In this document: positions 1 through 16,029 of the stretch, piece after piece
Numbering within the stretch: the first letter of the stretch is position 1
Layout: each line of letters begins with the position of its first letter
Origin: Dendrobates tinctorius
Taxonomy: Eukaryota
Direction: 5' to 3'
Assembly (NCBI RefSeq): GCF_039654945.1
Contig: NW_027361714.1
Location: 44,826,001 to 44,890,000 of the forward strand
DNA length: 64,000 bases
Program-made: the position numbers and the translations under genes
Notes under the pieces: model-generated
Told to the model about the DNA's origin: nothing
Databases searched by the model: none
The model's input: only the letters and a program-made list of their open reading frames with translations

Positions 1-1829
1 TTACTGGCTATTAAAATGGGGACCTGAAAAAAAAATGACATAGGGTCTCCATATAATTATTAACCAGCAAAGGATATGCAGACAGCTGCGGGCTGATATT
101 AATGGCCTAGGAAGGGGCCATGGATACTGCTCCCCAGGTTAAAAACATCAGCTCTCAGATTCCTCAGAAAAGGCACATCTCTAAAATGTGCCAATTCTGG
201 CACTTAGCCTCACTCTTCCCACTTGCCCTGTAGCGGTGGCAAGTGGGATGATAGTTGGGGGGTTGATGCCACCTTTGTATTGTCAGGTAACATCAAGCCC
301 CAAGGTTAGTAATGGAGATTCATCAATAAGACACCCTCATTACTAACCCCATAGTTTCATTGTAAGAAAACACACACACCCAGAAAAAAGTCCTTTAATT
401 GAAAGAATAATACAGACACCTTTAATAATCTTAATTAAACCATACGTATGACCTCACCCATTCCCCTGATGCCCTCATCATCTGCAAAAGAGTAAAAACA
501 AACAACAATATTCCTCACCTTTCAGCAGAGATACTGCTAATCCATATGTCCCACGACAGGTCTAACTCTGCAACATCTAGATGATAGGCTGCATGGTTGC
601 ATGATGAGACCATGCAGCCTGTCATCCAGCAGACACTGAGCACCTTGTGCTCAGTTTCTCTCTGTGAACTCCTATAGCCTATCTGATGGCACCACGAGAG
701 TGAGAAAGCTCTCCTGCTCACGGTGCCATCAGACAGGTCCTGCGAGTTCACAGCTAGTGAACTCACTTTACCTTTCTGAAGTCAGCAGGAGCGCCATGGG
801 AAAATCCACACTGAAATAATTCTTTCTTCTGTGACTAGCGTGATTCAGGATTCCAAATTTCATCTCTTTAGTGGCGCTGAAATTCAGCTGTGTACAGAGG
901 TGGTGCAGAGTAACAAAACTAATTTTTAGTTGCTAATACTGTGCTCCTACCTCAATATCTGAGCAACATGACTAGGAAAGTGAGGTTGTGGTGGAAGGGG
1001 AATTAGGCTTAGTGTTCAAGGTGTATGTGGGTTAATGTTTGTGAAAACAATATTGAACTAATAACGTCACGTCCTATCCAAAGACAACTGACAATTTCTG
1101 CTACTGGATGTTGTAGTTCTAAGTGTGTTGCATTGTTATCGCGTAATTGCAGTCTGTGATACCTTTAGTAGGGCTTCTGTGCCTGCTGTTGCTGCTGCTT
1201 CTGCAGATGTTAACACAAATTAGTGAAATTGTGATCAATCCTGCTTGGGTGTCCATCTGTTGAGTTGGATTTAGTGGAAGACGTATCAGTCCCTGTTATG
1301 CTATTTCTACTGTGGTGAAATTGATGCCACTTTGGTGTCTGACACTAATTTTTGGAAATGTGAACACTCCTGGTTGGGTGCCCATCTGCTGGGTTGGGTG
1401 TAGTGGAAGACCTGTCGGTCCCTACTATACTATTTCTACTAGAAAACTCAAGAATCGGAGTAAGCCATAAACCACCAAGCGTTATAAGCAAAGACAGATC
1501 CAATTTTTAATAATACACAGAAAACACATATAAAATGGCAAACGTATCCAGGAAAAAATTGAGACATATGGGGGAGGCATGGAGGTAAGAGAGGAGGGAA
1601 GACAGACCGCAATGTGGAAATAAGATCAGTAAGGCAAATACAGGAAATCACTCATAGCACCAGCCTAGCAGTAAGAACAGTAAAAATAAATTGCAGTGTG
1701 CGCTTCAAGTAAAGGACCGGTCATAAACAGCTCCTATCTGCTTACCCATAGTGTATTACAGCAGCTGTCGCCCACCCCCCCGCGACCCCTGATGTGCATT
1801 TTGCATTTAGCTTTATCCAAGGTAAAGCT

Positions 1830-2183
1830 ATGGCAGGGACGTCATGCACTGCTAACAAGCAGAGCACAACTGCCGGAAATCTCACCGGGACTATGCGCGC
1901 AGTGCAGTAAGTATTCATTGCACTTCAGTAGCGCGCAGTGTCAGCCACCGGCTTCCTGCTGCTGCCAGCAGTCACATGTGCCACTACTTAAGAGAAATGA
2001 ATATACATGAATATTCATTTTTCTTAAGTAGCGGCACACATGTCCGCCGACAGCAGCAGGAAGCTGGTGGCTGACACTGCGCGCTACTGAAGAGTAATAA
2101 ATACTCATTGCTCTCTGTGCGCACAGCCTGGGAGAGTATTTCGGCAGCTGTGCTCTGCTGTGTGAGCATGACGTCCCTGCCAT
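1830..2183. repeat. Palindromic MITE-type internal repeat (arms ~170 bp, centre ~2005); related sequence at 48730-49205
   Basis: ATGGCAGGGACGTCATGC...CTTAAGAGAAATGAATAT is mirrored by ATATTCATTTTTCTTAAG...GCATGACGTCCCTGCCAT. Confidence 0.75.
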
Positions 2184-2849
2184 GCGCTGCTTACAAGCAT
2201 AATGCAGATGCTGGTACCAGAGCAGGATGCTGTGAGGGAGCGCCGAGCAGGTAAGTGTAATGTTTTTTTTTTTTAAGTTTTCTAATAAAAATATAAATAA
2301 ATACTGGGAGGAAACTTTCGCAAACACGGGGAGAACATACAAACTCTTTGTTGTCCTTGGTGGGGTTGGAACACAGGACTCCAGTGCTGCAAGGCTGCTA
2401 ATGTTTTTGCATTGATGACTCAACGTATCTGGGGTTGGAAGCCAATCACTGCTATGCACATGTTGTGCCTCACAGCTGTCTTGGGGAAAACCACTTTCAA
2501 GATTGTCTTCAAGCATGTTTTGATACTGCAGCATGGGCGCGTCATTTTCCAGAGGGGGAAGCAACTGGCAAAATACCCTTTTGTATTGTGGATTAAACAG
2601 ACTGGCAACCCAATAGTCAGCACTATTTAGAATCCTAACAATACGGGCAACAATCATATTGCAAATAGTGCTGCAAGAAGGCACTCATGGTTTGGTCTCT
2701 TTTATGAGGTCCAAGTCCATAGTGATTGGTGGTGGTGTAGGGGGTGGACTGACCTATGGACCTGTTTGACGTGGAAAGAACATGTAAAAGATGATGTGCT
2801 CAATGCTTTATTATGTGTATGGATAACAGCTGGAATTAGTACAGGACGA

Positions 2850-3473
2850 TGTAGTAATGGGTATTGGCCACAAGATGGAGACAGAGAGCAGTGAGAAAAG
2901 GACTCAATAACAGCCTTAGGCTAGGGAAATCGCAGAGCCATGGTGGGCGGAGTCACAGGACTGGGAAGGAGATTTCCAGAAGGAGGAGATAAAAAGGAAG
3001 GAAAGTCCCAGGGGAGGGCAGACACCCCGGAGGAGGAGAGAAGCGAGAAGAGCTCAGGATAGGAAGAAGGAAGGAAAAGCTCAGGAGACATAGAAGTGAG
3101 AGAGACGGTCATTTAGAGAGGGTGTGGCCTGGAGAGGACAGCTGCAGGACAGGATGGCAGTGACTAACGGAGGTCTGGCGTACCGGACAGTTGGACACCA
3201 AAAAGTGAGTGTTACAGCGGGCAGACTCGGTCGGGGGAAGTGCTGTGGCCGTGGGCCTAACGGCAGCCACAGTGGAGGAACCCGGAGGGTTGACGCCCAT
3301 AAGAGTAGGAGGAGGCGACGAGTACCCGGGCCTGGAGCAGTAGCTGTCGTGTTGGCTGTGGATGTCAAGAGGACACCCAATAAAGTTGGACCTGGTTCAA
3401 CAAACTTCTGTGTCTGTCATCAGTCCGTCTCGCAGCCGAAATGGACCACCCCCCAGTCGGCACACATACTACA
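2850..3473 (+). mobile_element. Probable solo LTR inserted in the hAT remnant
   Basis: TGTAGTA...TACTACA inverted termini and AATAAA at ~3379; it interrupts the hAT sequence; TSD unclear. Confidence 0.55.
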
Positions 3474-4803
3474 GTGAGATAACACTCAAGCTTGCTTTCT
3501 CCATCCCCTCTTGGCAACTACAGACAATAGAGATGGAATCATTATTCTCTTCATCTCCTAACTTGCGCGTCCATAACCTCTTCTCGTCCTTTTTTTGGTC
3601 CTTCTCCATTTGTTCCTCCTATGGTAACTGCCTGGGAGATAACAGACCTGAACTTAGAGATATTGTTAACCCTAGGCATCCTCCTCTTCCCCCGTGACCA
3701 CCACCACCTTCCCCCCGCAGACTATTTAAAGTATGACAGTACTAGTGATGCTGATGATTACAGTGTCAGCACTAACCATCTTAGTAGCCATTTTGAAAAC
3801 ATGCAGAAGTGTGCAGAAGTCCTTCATCTGTGCCCACTCCGCAAGTGTGAATTGCTCCACGTCCAAACTGTGTTTTGCCAGGCTTAAATGTCATACTGCA
3901 CCAGGTCTCAGCACTGATGTCACAGTCACTGCAACATGTGCAGAGTTGAATTCCACGTTGTAGTTACTTTGCATATCAAACGGTTAAAAGCTAGTCCAAA
4001 AGATCTCTATACCAATCTAAGTGGAATGGTGGAAGTGAGCACACATCGACAGTGGTTTCTGCAGCAGCACATCCAGGCTGGGACAGTGGCGGAGAAATTA
4101 CTGTACCATCAGGTTGAGTATGCGAGCAATGCAAGGTGTGTGAGGTCAGTTTACCCCGCCATAGGGCTGCCACCATGTTGCACCTTTATCGCACACGGCC
4201 ATCTCTGGCTCCAGGTTGAGTGGAGACAGCCATTGCTCAAAGTCGACATGGATAGCTATCCACAACTCTTCATCTGTATGACTGCCATCTCCAAGGCATA
4301 TTAATTTAAACACTGCCTGATTGTGGTGAGCCCTGGATGATGCACAGTACAGATATTGGGGAATTTTCTGTGCAGTGTTGGAACAAGTGTTTCCTTAAGG
4401 CAGAAGTTGAGGATGCAGGTGGAGGCTTTACAGGTGGTGGAGGAGGCAGAAGCACTGGAGGAAGTGTTAGATACAGTGTTTTTTTCTGCAAGCCCTGGGG
4501 ATTCTAAGACTTACTGTCTAGTGACACCTTGGTGTCTAGTGCTTTAGCCCTCCATCACCTGATGTGTACTAGTTTATTTCTCCAACTCAAGCTGTTTAGT
4601 TCTCCAACCACTGTTGTCTATTAGTTAAGTTCTCCATGTTCTGGTGTTTATTTGTTTCGTTCTCCAATCATAGCTGTTTAGTAGTTTAGGTCTCCAACCT
4701 CTGTTGTCTATTAGTTTAGTTCTCCATATTCTGGTGTGTATTTGTTTCGTTTTCCAATCATAGCTGTTTAGTAGTTTAGTTCTCCAACCCCTTTTGTCTA
4801 GTA

Positions 4804-5992
4804 CAGGGTGGGCCATTTATATGGATACACCTAAATAAAATGGAAATGGTTGGTGATATCAACTTTCTGTTTGTGGCACATTAGTATATGGGAAGGGGGA
4901 AACTTTTCAAGATGGGTGGTGATCATGGCAGCCATTTTGAAGACGGTCATTTTGGATCCAACTTTATTTTTTTCAATGGGAAGAGGGTCATGTGACACAT
5001 CAAACGTATTGAGAATTTAACGAGAAAAGCAATGGTGTGCTTAGTTTTAATGTAACTTTATGCTTTCATTAGTTATTTACAAGTTTTTGAACACTTATAA
5101 AATGTATTCAAAGTGCTGCCCATTGTGTTGGATTGTCAATGCAACCCTCTTCTCCCACTTTTGACACACTGATAGCAACGGCACGGAAGAAATGCTAGCA
5201 CAGGCTTCCAGTATCCGTTTTTTCAGATGCTGCACATCTCGTATCTTCACAGCATAGACAATTGTCTTCAGATGACCCCAAAGATAAAAGTCTAAGGGGG
5301 TCAGATCGGGGGACCATAGTGGCCAATCAACTGGCCCACGACGACCAATCCTTTTTCCAGGAAACTGTTCATGTAGGAATGCTTGGACCTGAATCCCATA
5401 ATTGATGGTATGGTGTGGTATATGGGGTACAAAGATAGTGGGGCCATTCTTCATCAATGGAAACCTCAATGCCTCTGGATATCTGAAACTGCTACATGGT
5501 GATGTGTTGCTCTCTTTATGCACTGAAGATGGCACGTTCCCTGAGTTTTTCCAGCAAGATGGTGCACCACCACATTATGGGTGTTAGGTCCGAGCATTCC
5601 TACAAGGAATCTGACCCCCTTAGACTAGCATTTCTTCTGAGGTGTTCCTATCAGTGTGTCAAGAGTGGGAGAAGGGGGTTGCAATGACAATCCAACACAA
5701 TGGGCAGCACTTTGAAGACATTTTATAAGTGGTCATAAACTTGCAAATTAGTCATGAAAGAAAGTTACGTTGAAACCAAGCACACCATTGTTTTTCTTGT
5801 GAGATTCTCAATAAGTTTGATGAGTCACATGACCCTCTTCCCATTGGAAAAAATAAAGTTGGATCCAAAATGACCGACTTTAAAAAGGCCTCCATGGTCA
5901 CCACCCATCTTGAAAAGTTTCCCCCCTCCCATATACAAATGTGCCACAAACAGAAAGTTGATATCACCAACCATTCCCATTTTATGTAGGTG
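4804..5992. mobile_element. Foldback derivative of a DD41D (rosa/Visitor-type) mariner-like element
   Basis: TA|CAGGGTGGGCC left end. Minus strand carries GRRGPVDWPLWSPDLTPLDFYLWGHLK (5095-5400); plus strand carries VWCGIWG..FFQQDGAPPHYGC (5402-5587). Combining the two halves gives 41 aa between the second and third D. Arms are inverted copies; the right terminus is truncated. Confidence 0.8.
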
Positions 5993-6944
5993 CTATGATT
6001 GGAGAACAAAACAAATAAACACCAGAACATGGAGAACTTAACTAATAGACAACAGTGGTTGGAGAACTAAACTACTAAACAGCTTGAGTTGGAGAAATAA
6101 ATTAGTACACATCAGGTGATGGAGGGCAAAAGCACTAGACACCAAGGTGTCACTAGACACTAAGTCTTAGAATCCCCAAGGCTTGCGGAAGAAACCTTTG
6201 TATCTAACACTTCCTCCAGTGCTTCTGCCTCCCCCACCTCCTGTAGGGCCTCCACCTGCATCCTCAACTTCTGCCTTAAGGAAACACTTGTTCCAACACT
6301 GCACAGAGAATTCCCCCTCACTGACCCCACAGCCACCAGTCACCCAGTGCCCAATCAGTGAGAGGTAACTCCCCTGTCCATGCTTGCTCAGTCAGGTGTC
6401 ACTGCTGAAATGCACCCTGGACACACAGAGTTTTTCAGGGAATGAGTGATATTGTCTGTGACATGCTGGTGTACAGCAGGCACATCTTTCTTAGAGAAGT
6501 AATGGTGAGAGGGCAACTGTTACTGGGGGACTGCGATGGCCATCAGCTTTAAGAAGCCATCTGTATCCACAAGGCAGAAGGTCTGCATTTCCATGGTCAA
6601 TAGATTGGATTTGCCATGCAATAATCACAGGGATCACAGACCATGGGTCATGCAGAACCATTGTGCAACCATTGTAGCAAAGAGCTCTCAGTTGGGCAAT
6701 ATCCGCCAGAAAATTTACACAGTTGGGCGAAGATCATCTGAGGTTTATTGTTCACAATAATTAGTTCTCAGAAAACTAATGGTGAGCATACGGCATATCC
6801 ACCTCCGGATTAGAACGCATGGAATATGTGTATGTCCGGCCATACGATCATTTCTAACTCCACAATAACCCCACACTCCTTGCTGCCACCAACAATTCTG
6901 TTTTTAAAATAAGTTATAAATATAGGCCAATTGAACGCAATTCT

Positions 6945-7275
6945 TCTTTGGAGCTTCACTCCATCAGGGTCTTCCGTGCCCTCTCTCTTCAAGTAGTGGT
7001 CATATACCATCCCCCAGGTTCACCCACTCACTTCCTTGACCACTTTTCTACCTTGCTGCCACACTTCTGTCTTCAGATTTCCCAACCCTTATCCTGGGAG
7101 ACTTCAACAGCCACACCTCCCCAACTGCATCCCACCATCTATCTCTAGCCACTTCTTGTGGCTTCTCAAAACTTTCAACCTCTGAGACACACAAAGACAG
7201 TAACACCCCTGATCTGGTCTTTGTCCGGATCAGTTCAAACTCCTATCTAGAAAACTCACCTCTTACTCTTTCTTC
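6945..7275 (+). mobile_element. L2 LINE endonuclease fragment
   Basis: VVVIYHPPGSPTHFLDHF motif (VIYRPPG-type) and C-rich L2 composition; an L2-like 3' tail lies at ~9120-9270. Confidence 0.65.
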
Positions 7276-7385
7276 CCCATGAAATTAGGAGTATAACCAT
7301 AACTTACACATTTTTAGGTGCACCCTCAAAACACATCTTTTTAGGGCATCCTATCACATTCCCTAATCAAAGTCCTTTTTATATA

Positions 7386-9021
<1,636 letters not shown>

Positions 9022-10559
9022 TATAGCCAATTCTCTACTTCTCTGAACATAATTCACCATAAAACTCAACTGTACCCAAAAAAACCTCATGCAGCCTTTA
9101 TCTACCCACTATTTCCTCTTTGTAGATTGTAAGCTTTGAAGAGCGGTGTCATCATTATTTTAGCTGTAATTTTTTGATTATCGTAAACTTTGTAACTTTT
9201 TACTGTTTTATAAGAACTACTGACCTGTAAAGCTCTGAGGAATATGTTAGTGCTATATAAATAAAGGTCATTATTAGTAGTAGATTGAGGATGGTGAAGT
9301 ACAAGTTCTTAGCTTTGCCATATGTAGGAGGAAGCAATCTTACTACGAACACAACTGCACAAAGAGGGCTGACTGCTGTGCTGATACCGGGTGGAGTAGA
9401 GTGAACATGACAAGGTGCAGGCAGAGATGTTACGGTGGATTGAAAAAGATGGGGTGTGCTTGGTATCTAAGATCAGTCAAAAACAGCAGGAATGTCCACT
9501 TCCGTTTCAGCTGACAGGCTCTCACTCACCTCATCTGTTGCCGTTAAACAAGTGGAGGTTCTGCGGCCAGAGACCTGTGTGACAACACTTGCCACGGTGA
9601 GGGAGAGGGAAGAATCGGAAGATGCGGTTCATGGGGTGTACGGTGTTTTCTAGTCTGCATTCTAGCCCAGTTAGATTACCAGATTAATGCATGTTGATAG
9701 CGTATGTGCCAGTTCATGAATGTAGTAGTCAAATTGTTGAAATTTTTTTTTAACTCTACTGTCGTTTTTACCAAAGTTGGCAGATTTTTGTCATTTTTGG
9801 TCAGTCTGAAAAAAAAGACCCAAGCTTGCCAACTGCTGGCCAGTGACAGAGTTGGGGCTGAGGATGCATTGCTTGTAGTGGTTGCAAAACTGTGTCTGCG
9901 GGAAACCCCAATGTAACCTCCTCATCTTCCTCCTCCTCCTCTGCTGAGCTACTCAACTGCATGCCTCTGGGTTTACACCAAGTGTGATCTACTACCTCAT
10001 CGTCATCCTCTGTTCTCCCACCCGAGAGTCACCCTTCTCCTCTTCCTGCCCTAACTGCAAAGTACAGACCACGTGGGCCTCAAGTATCTGAGTCTCATCA
10101 GGAATTAATCGTCTCCACCCCCCCGGGGTTAACTTCTGTTGATGAGGCTTTGGATTCTGCTTGGACCCTACTTTGTCCGGCCCTGGATCAAATTGAAAAA
10201 AAAATTGGGCATCAGTGCAGATGATTTCCTCCTCGTGACTTTAAGAATCTTTGGAAAACACTTCCGATGCCCATGGCATAGAATGTGTGAACAGATCTGC
10301 AGATTTAGCCATCTGTGGTTCCCTATAGTCAGTTGGGCAGTTGGCGAGTTGTGACTTGGGGGGAAAACAAGGATAATTTGGATGCCACCTCTGAGGACTG
10401 TACTGTATGTGATGTTATGGTGGAGGAAGAGGCCACTTGATGCAGCGCTTGCCATCTACTGGAGTGCTTGTTCTTTCTGGCCCTCATCTAGAAAAGCATT
10501 CTGCTGTGCGTCTGCCAAAGAAAGGGAGTGGAGTAGCCTATCCAGTAACAGAATGTGTA

Positions 10560-10719
10560 AAAATTGCTCACTGCAGCAAAACATACTACTTCTCTTCTCT
10601 CATATCATACCTGTCTCACAACCCTAAACAACTATTCAGTACTTTAAATTCTCCCCTCCATCCACCAGCTCACCCTCCCTCTCCTTTCATATTAGCTGAA
10701 GACTTCGCCTCACTTCCTG
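10560..10719 (+). mobile_element. L2 LINE ORF2 fragment (continues at 12452-12585)
   Basis: YFSSLISYLSHNPKQLFSTLNS..AEDFAS, then TCELDP after the insertion. Confidence 0.7.
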
Positions 10720-12451
10720 CAGGGCCGCATATATAATGAGGTAATTTGAGCTGCCAGCTCAGGTGGCATCAAATCCCTGAAGAGAGGGGGCGGCACTGCG
10801 GCGCCGCCCTCTGCAGTCAGATAACGTGCCATGAAACAGAGTCTGTATACAGGGAGAACTAGAACTCCCAGCATAGCTGAATCTAGATGCTCTGCCCTGT
10901 GCGACCTCTCACCTATCACTAGACAACTCCCTCATGCAGCACAGCACACTCCAGCCTGCATCACCCCTCCCCTCACATGACCAGTCACATGACTGTGACA
11001 TCATCACAGGTCCTGTAGTCGCTCCTCTCCGGTTAATGCTCGGGTTACAGCGACGTTTGTGCAGCCAAAAAAGAGCCTTGTGCCCGGGTCTCTGGTACGT
11101 GCCGCCCCTCCCGTGCTGGGCACCCCCATCACATGAAGTGCGCCCTCCGGCTATGCGGTTAACCTCCTCAGTGTCTGAGATGCTGCTCTGCCCTGTCCAT
11201 TCCCTGTCGTGTCTGCAGTGCAGATGTGGAGTCCTCGTCCTGGACTCCTACCTATAAGCAGTGATGGAGCACTGCTGCTGTTCTATCCAAGTCTGTGGTA
11301 TCTGTACCCAGAGATTCCCCTGCTGATCAGCACTACAACTCCCAGCATGTGGCATGCTGCCTGTTCTATTAGGTATCACCCCCTGTATCTGACTTGGCAC
11401 CTGTCCAGTATGTAGCCCTGCTCTCCGACATCCACAATACAGCTGCCATTTGTCTGCTAATGACTGCCAGGGCTGTGTGCCCGCTGCTGTGCCATGGACA
11501 CGGCGAGGGATGAGCCTCGCTTCACCTCCATGCAGTATATTACACGCCCCATAGTGTTCAATATAGTATCATGCATCCCACAGTCTTCCATATTGCATAA
11601 TTGCCCATAATTCTGCATGGAGGGATATGTGGTGACCATAATTCTGCATGGAGGATGGAGGGATATATGGTGCACATAATTCTGTATGGAGGACTACATG
11701 GTGCCCATAATTCTGCATGGAGGGATATGCGGTGCCCATAATTCTATATGGAGGACTATGCGGTGCCCATAATACTGTATGGAGGACTATGTGGTGCCCA
11801 TAATACTGTATGGAGGACTATGCAGTGCCCATAATACAGTACTGTATGGAGGACTATGTGGTGCCCATAATTCTGTATGGAGGACTATGCAGTGCCCATA
11901 ACACTGTATGGAGGACTATGCGGTGTCCATATTTCTGTATGGAGGACTACGTGGTGTCCCATAATTCTGTATGGAGGAATATGTGGTGCCCATAATTTTG
12001 TATGGAGAGATACGTGGTTCCCATAATTCTGTATGGAGGACTATGCGGTGCCCATAGTTCTGTATGGAGGACTATGCGGTGCCCATAGTTCTGTATGGAG
12101 GACTATGCGGTGCCCATATTTCTGTATGGAGGAGTATGCGGTGCCCATAATACTGTATGTAGGGATATGTGGTGTACTGTATGCTGTGCCAGGCCTGTCA
12201 TTGCCATTAATTATCCCTCTTCTCGATTCTTCTGTGTGGTTCTTGTATGTGCGGTGATGGCACTGACATCCTTGTGTTCAAACATCTTTTCTCCATTTCT
12301 CTAAATTAAAATGTCCACTATTGTACAAATTTTTACAGGATAGACATAAATCTGTATGAGCCAGATTAATTTCTACTGATTTTAAAAATTTACTAGGGGG
12401 GGGACATTGTGCAGTTCTCCTCAGGCGGCAGAGAGACTAGGTTCACCCCTG
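10720..12451. mobile_element. Non-autonomous hAT element containing a ~30-bp minisatellite (~11600-12170)
   Basis: CAGGG...CCCTG termini; 8-bp TSD ACTTCCTG (10712-10719) / ACTACCTG (12452-12459); unit ATAATTCTGTATGGAGGACTATGCGGTGCCC. Confidence 0.8.
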
Positions 12452-12589
12452 ACTACCTGTGAACTTGATCCAATAACGTCCCACCTCATTCCAAACCATA
12501 CCACAGTCTTTATCCCAAGCCTAATCCACCTCTTCAACCTGTCACTAACTGGTGTCTTCCCCTCCTGATTGAAACACTACCATGCCAGA

Positions 12590-13320
12590 CCGCATATCAA
12601 ATATAAGGTTTGGGGGTCACTTGGGTAATAGTGATCACAAAATAATAAGTTTTCATATATCCTTTAATACATGAACCCCATGTAAGAGAGTTTACAAGGA
12701 CACTAAACTTCAGGAAGGCAAATTTCCAACGGATGAGAGATGATCTTAGTGCAATAAACTGGGACTATATCCTGAGACACAAAGATACACAAGGAAAATG
12801 GGAGACATTTATTAGCATCCTGAATAGGACCTGTGCACAATATATACTGTATGGGAAGAAACATGCTAGAAATAGGAGGAAACCACTATGGATAAATAGA
12901 GCTGTAAGGGGCACAATAAGTGACAAAAAGAAAGCAATTAAAGAACTAAAGCAAGTACGTAGTGATGAGGTATTAAATAAATACAGAAAATTAAATAAAT
13001 TCTGTAAAATGCAAATCAAGGCAGCAAAAGAGAGACTCATTGCCAGAGAAAGTAAAAATAATCCCAAAATATTCTTTAACTACATAAATAGTAAGAAGCT
13101 AAAAAATGATAGTGTTGGCCCCCTTAAAAATAGTCTGGGTAAAATGGTGGATGAGGAAAAAGCCAATATGCTAAATGACTTTTTTTTACAGTATTTACAC
13201 AAGAAAATCCCATGACAGATAACATGATCAGTTATAACAAAAATTCTCCATTAAATGTCACCTGCTTAACCCAGCAGGAAGTATGGCAGCATCTAAAAAT
13301 CACTAAAATTGACAAATCCT
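12590..13320 (+). mobile_element. CR1 LINE ORF2 fragment
   Basis: GHLGNSDH endonuclease end, TLNFRKANFQRMRDDL, KNNPKIFFNYINSK. Confidence 0.85.
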
Positions 13321-15486
13321 TTTCAGTACACTGCCGGTGAGACACCGAGATTGTGGGTACTGCACCTCCCGACCACCAGTCACCTTTCAGACCAGACAGC
13401 ACAAGTACCAAGAAGGAGAGTGTGTGGTGTGCAAATTCATATAGTGTCTTCAATAAAAAGGCGCGGTTACAGTATCCGCTCTGTATATTCAGAGCAATGA
13501 CGGAAGCTGCGGCGCCTCCGCCTCCATGACTGAAGCAAATGCTGGCGGGGGAATAAAGTTAATTTTCTCCCTGCTGCATTCGGCTGCATGCAGGAGCCGG
13601 ACAGCATAATGCCACTATTAACCTGCACAATAACACCATATCTGCAGGTTAACAGCGTTATTTCTGGTGACAGGTTCCCTTTAATTTTGTAGTACAAGAC
13701 TTCAATAAAATGGCGCTGGAAAGCGCAATATGCGCATGCGCTGACTCTGGCACCATTTTATTGAAGTTATATATTACAACGTTAACATAGCAGTGCACTA
13801 TGTTGACGATGTAGTATATTTCTTGAATAAAATGGCACCGGAGTCAGCACATGCGCATACCGCGATCTCCGTCACCATATTATTGAAGACACTGTATATG
13901 TGAATTCACAGACACAGTGTCTTTAAAAAAATGGTACCAGAAATGTGCCGATAAAAATTTTCTCCACCTGAGTAGAATGGGTTCAATAGCTAGTATACTG
14001 TATTTATTTTTGTATATAGATCTATATGTATATAAACAATATGACACCCTAGATTATTTATAGGATGGGATGTATGGATAGATAGATCAATCTTAAATAG
14101 AGAAATAGCTGTATAGCTATCCCCACCAAATTAAAATGGCGATACTGACACTTGGTACAGAGGTGAAGCAGGGGGAAATTATTTTTTTTTGGTATTCATT
14201 CATGGTGGCACTACCCACTACTGCAGCATTCAGCCCTAGACACCCGCCGTCTGGTGCCTAGTGGCAATACGGCCTTGATTTGGACCTTATTTTCACAATA
14301 TGTGAAGCCATGTCCTTCATTCAGCCAACCTGTTCTGTCAAAATGGTGTTCCCTTCTATAAGATGGAGGAGACTTAATAGCTGTCTTAATATCTGAAGGG
14401 TTGTCACAATGTAGACAGCTCATCCTTATTCTCATTTGCACATGGAAACACGAGAAGCAATGGGATGAAACCAGAGGTGTAGCTAGGGTTTTGGTTCAGG
14501 GGGAGGAACACTTCTCAGTGGTCCCCTAACCAGGTAACCTGGATTACAACTGGGTGACGCACCCTAATAGTGGATGTAGGAGAATCTCTGCAGATGACCG
14601 CACTGTTGCTGAAAATAATCTCTATATAAAGACCAACATTAATAATACCACCATATGGCCAGTGGTAGATACTAATCCTGCAGAACATAATGTATAACAG
14701 ATTACAGCACAATTATAGATGGCGACTTACAGCTGACTATCTTTCTGATGGAATCGTTCCCTTCTCACGTCTTTTCCATTTGGCCTAGACCAACATGACA
14801 ACTTCTTCCAGCCAGGACTCGTCTGTAGAGATTACAACAAAGACACAGTTCACTTCTCATATTTTCAGCACTGTCCCCAAAGGGAATATTTCCAACCTGC
14901 ACAAACTCCTCATCCTGCTGTTACCCCAATGCTGAGCTGCGGCTGCTGTATGTGACCCTATTACTGCACTTACTGTGTGGTTCTGTGTGCCCTCTAAATT
15001 CTAAAGCAACCTCACAGGGTGCAAGTGCCCTACAAAACAGTGCCCACATTTTGCCCCCTAGAAAGTAATAATGCCCTGTGTGCCACTTTGACAGTCACAG
15101 TAACCCGAGTTCCCCTATAACAATAAGTGCCCACTTTACAAATAATAATGCTCCGAGTCTCCCCCATGCACAGCTCCCCTATACACAGAATGATGCTCTC
15201 TTATACACAGTATAATGCCATTACTGCATATATACTGACATCTAAGTAGCCCCCAAACTGTTTGATGGCTCCAACACTGTATGATGGCCCCGTCACTGTA
15301 ATCTCCACATTGTATGATGGCCCCCTAGATAGCCTCCATATAGTATAATGCACCAGCTAGTCCTTGATATAATATAATGCGCCTCCATAAAATATAATAT
15401 ATTCTGCATAGGCAGACTCTATATAGTATAATGCACTCCCCATAGGCCTCCATATAATATAATGTACTCCCCATAGGAAGACTCTA

Positions 15487-16029
15487 CAGCTCTGGCAAAA
15501 ATTAAGAGACCACCACATCAAAACCCTATCATAGGCAGCCTATTTTCCAGACCTGAACCCCATGGAAAACCTCTGGAATGTAATCAAGAGGATGATGGAT
15601 AGTCACAAGCCATGAAACAAAGAGGAACTGCTTAATTTTTTTGCGCAAGAAGCAGTGTGAAAGACTGGTGGCAAGCACGCCAAGATGCATGAAAGCTGTT
15701 TTAAAAATCATGGTTATTCCACGAAATATTGATTTCTGAACTCTTCCTGAGTTAAAACATTAGTATTGTTGTTTCTAAATGATTATCAACTTGTTTTCTT
15801 TGCATTATTTGAGGTCTGAAAGCACTGTTTTTTGTTTTATTTTTTAATTTTGAATTTCTCCTTTTCAGAAAAAAACAACAAAATTTATTGCTTGAAAATT
15901 TGGAGACATGTTGTCAGAAGTTTTTAGACTAAAAGAACAATTTACACTTTACTCAAAAATATACATATAAAGAGAAAAATCAGACAAACTGAACATTTGG
16001 AAGTGGTCTCTTAATTTTTGACAGAGCTG
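15487..16029 (+). mobile_element. Internally deleted Tc1 inserted in a minisatellite-bearing MITE (~14472-16380)
   Basis: TA TSD, TIR CAGCTCTGGCAAAAATTAAGAGACCAC; retains the C-terminal PDLNPMENLW...HGYSTKY. Confidence 0.9.

Noticed and set aside
11810-12304. Repetitive ORFs (MEDYAVPI...) and a CRISPR-like periodicity
   Set aside because: Translations of a minisatellite; no unique spacers; eukaryotic context
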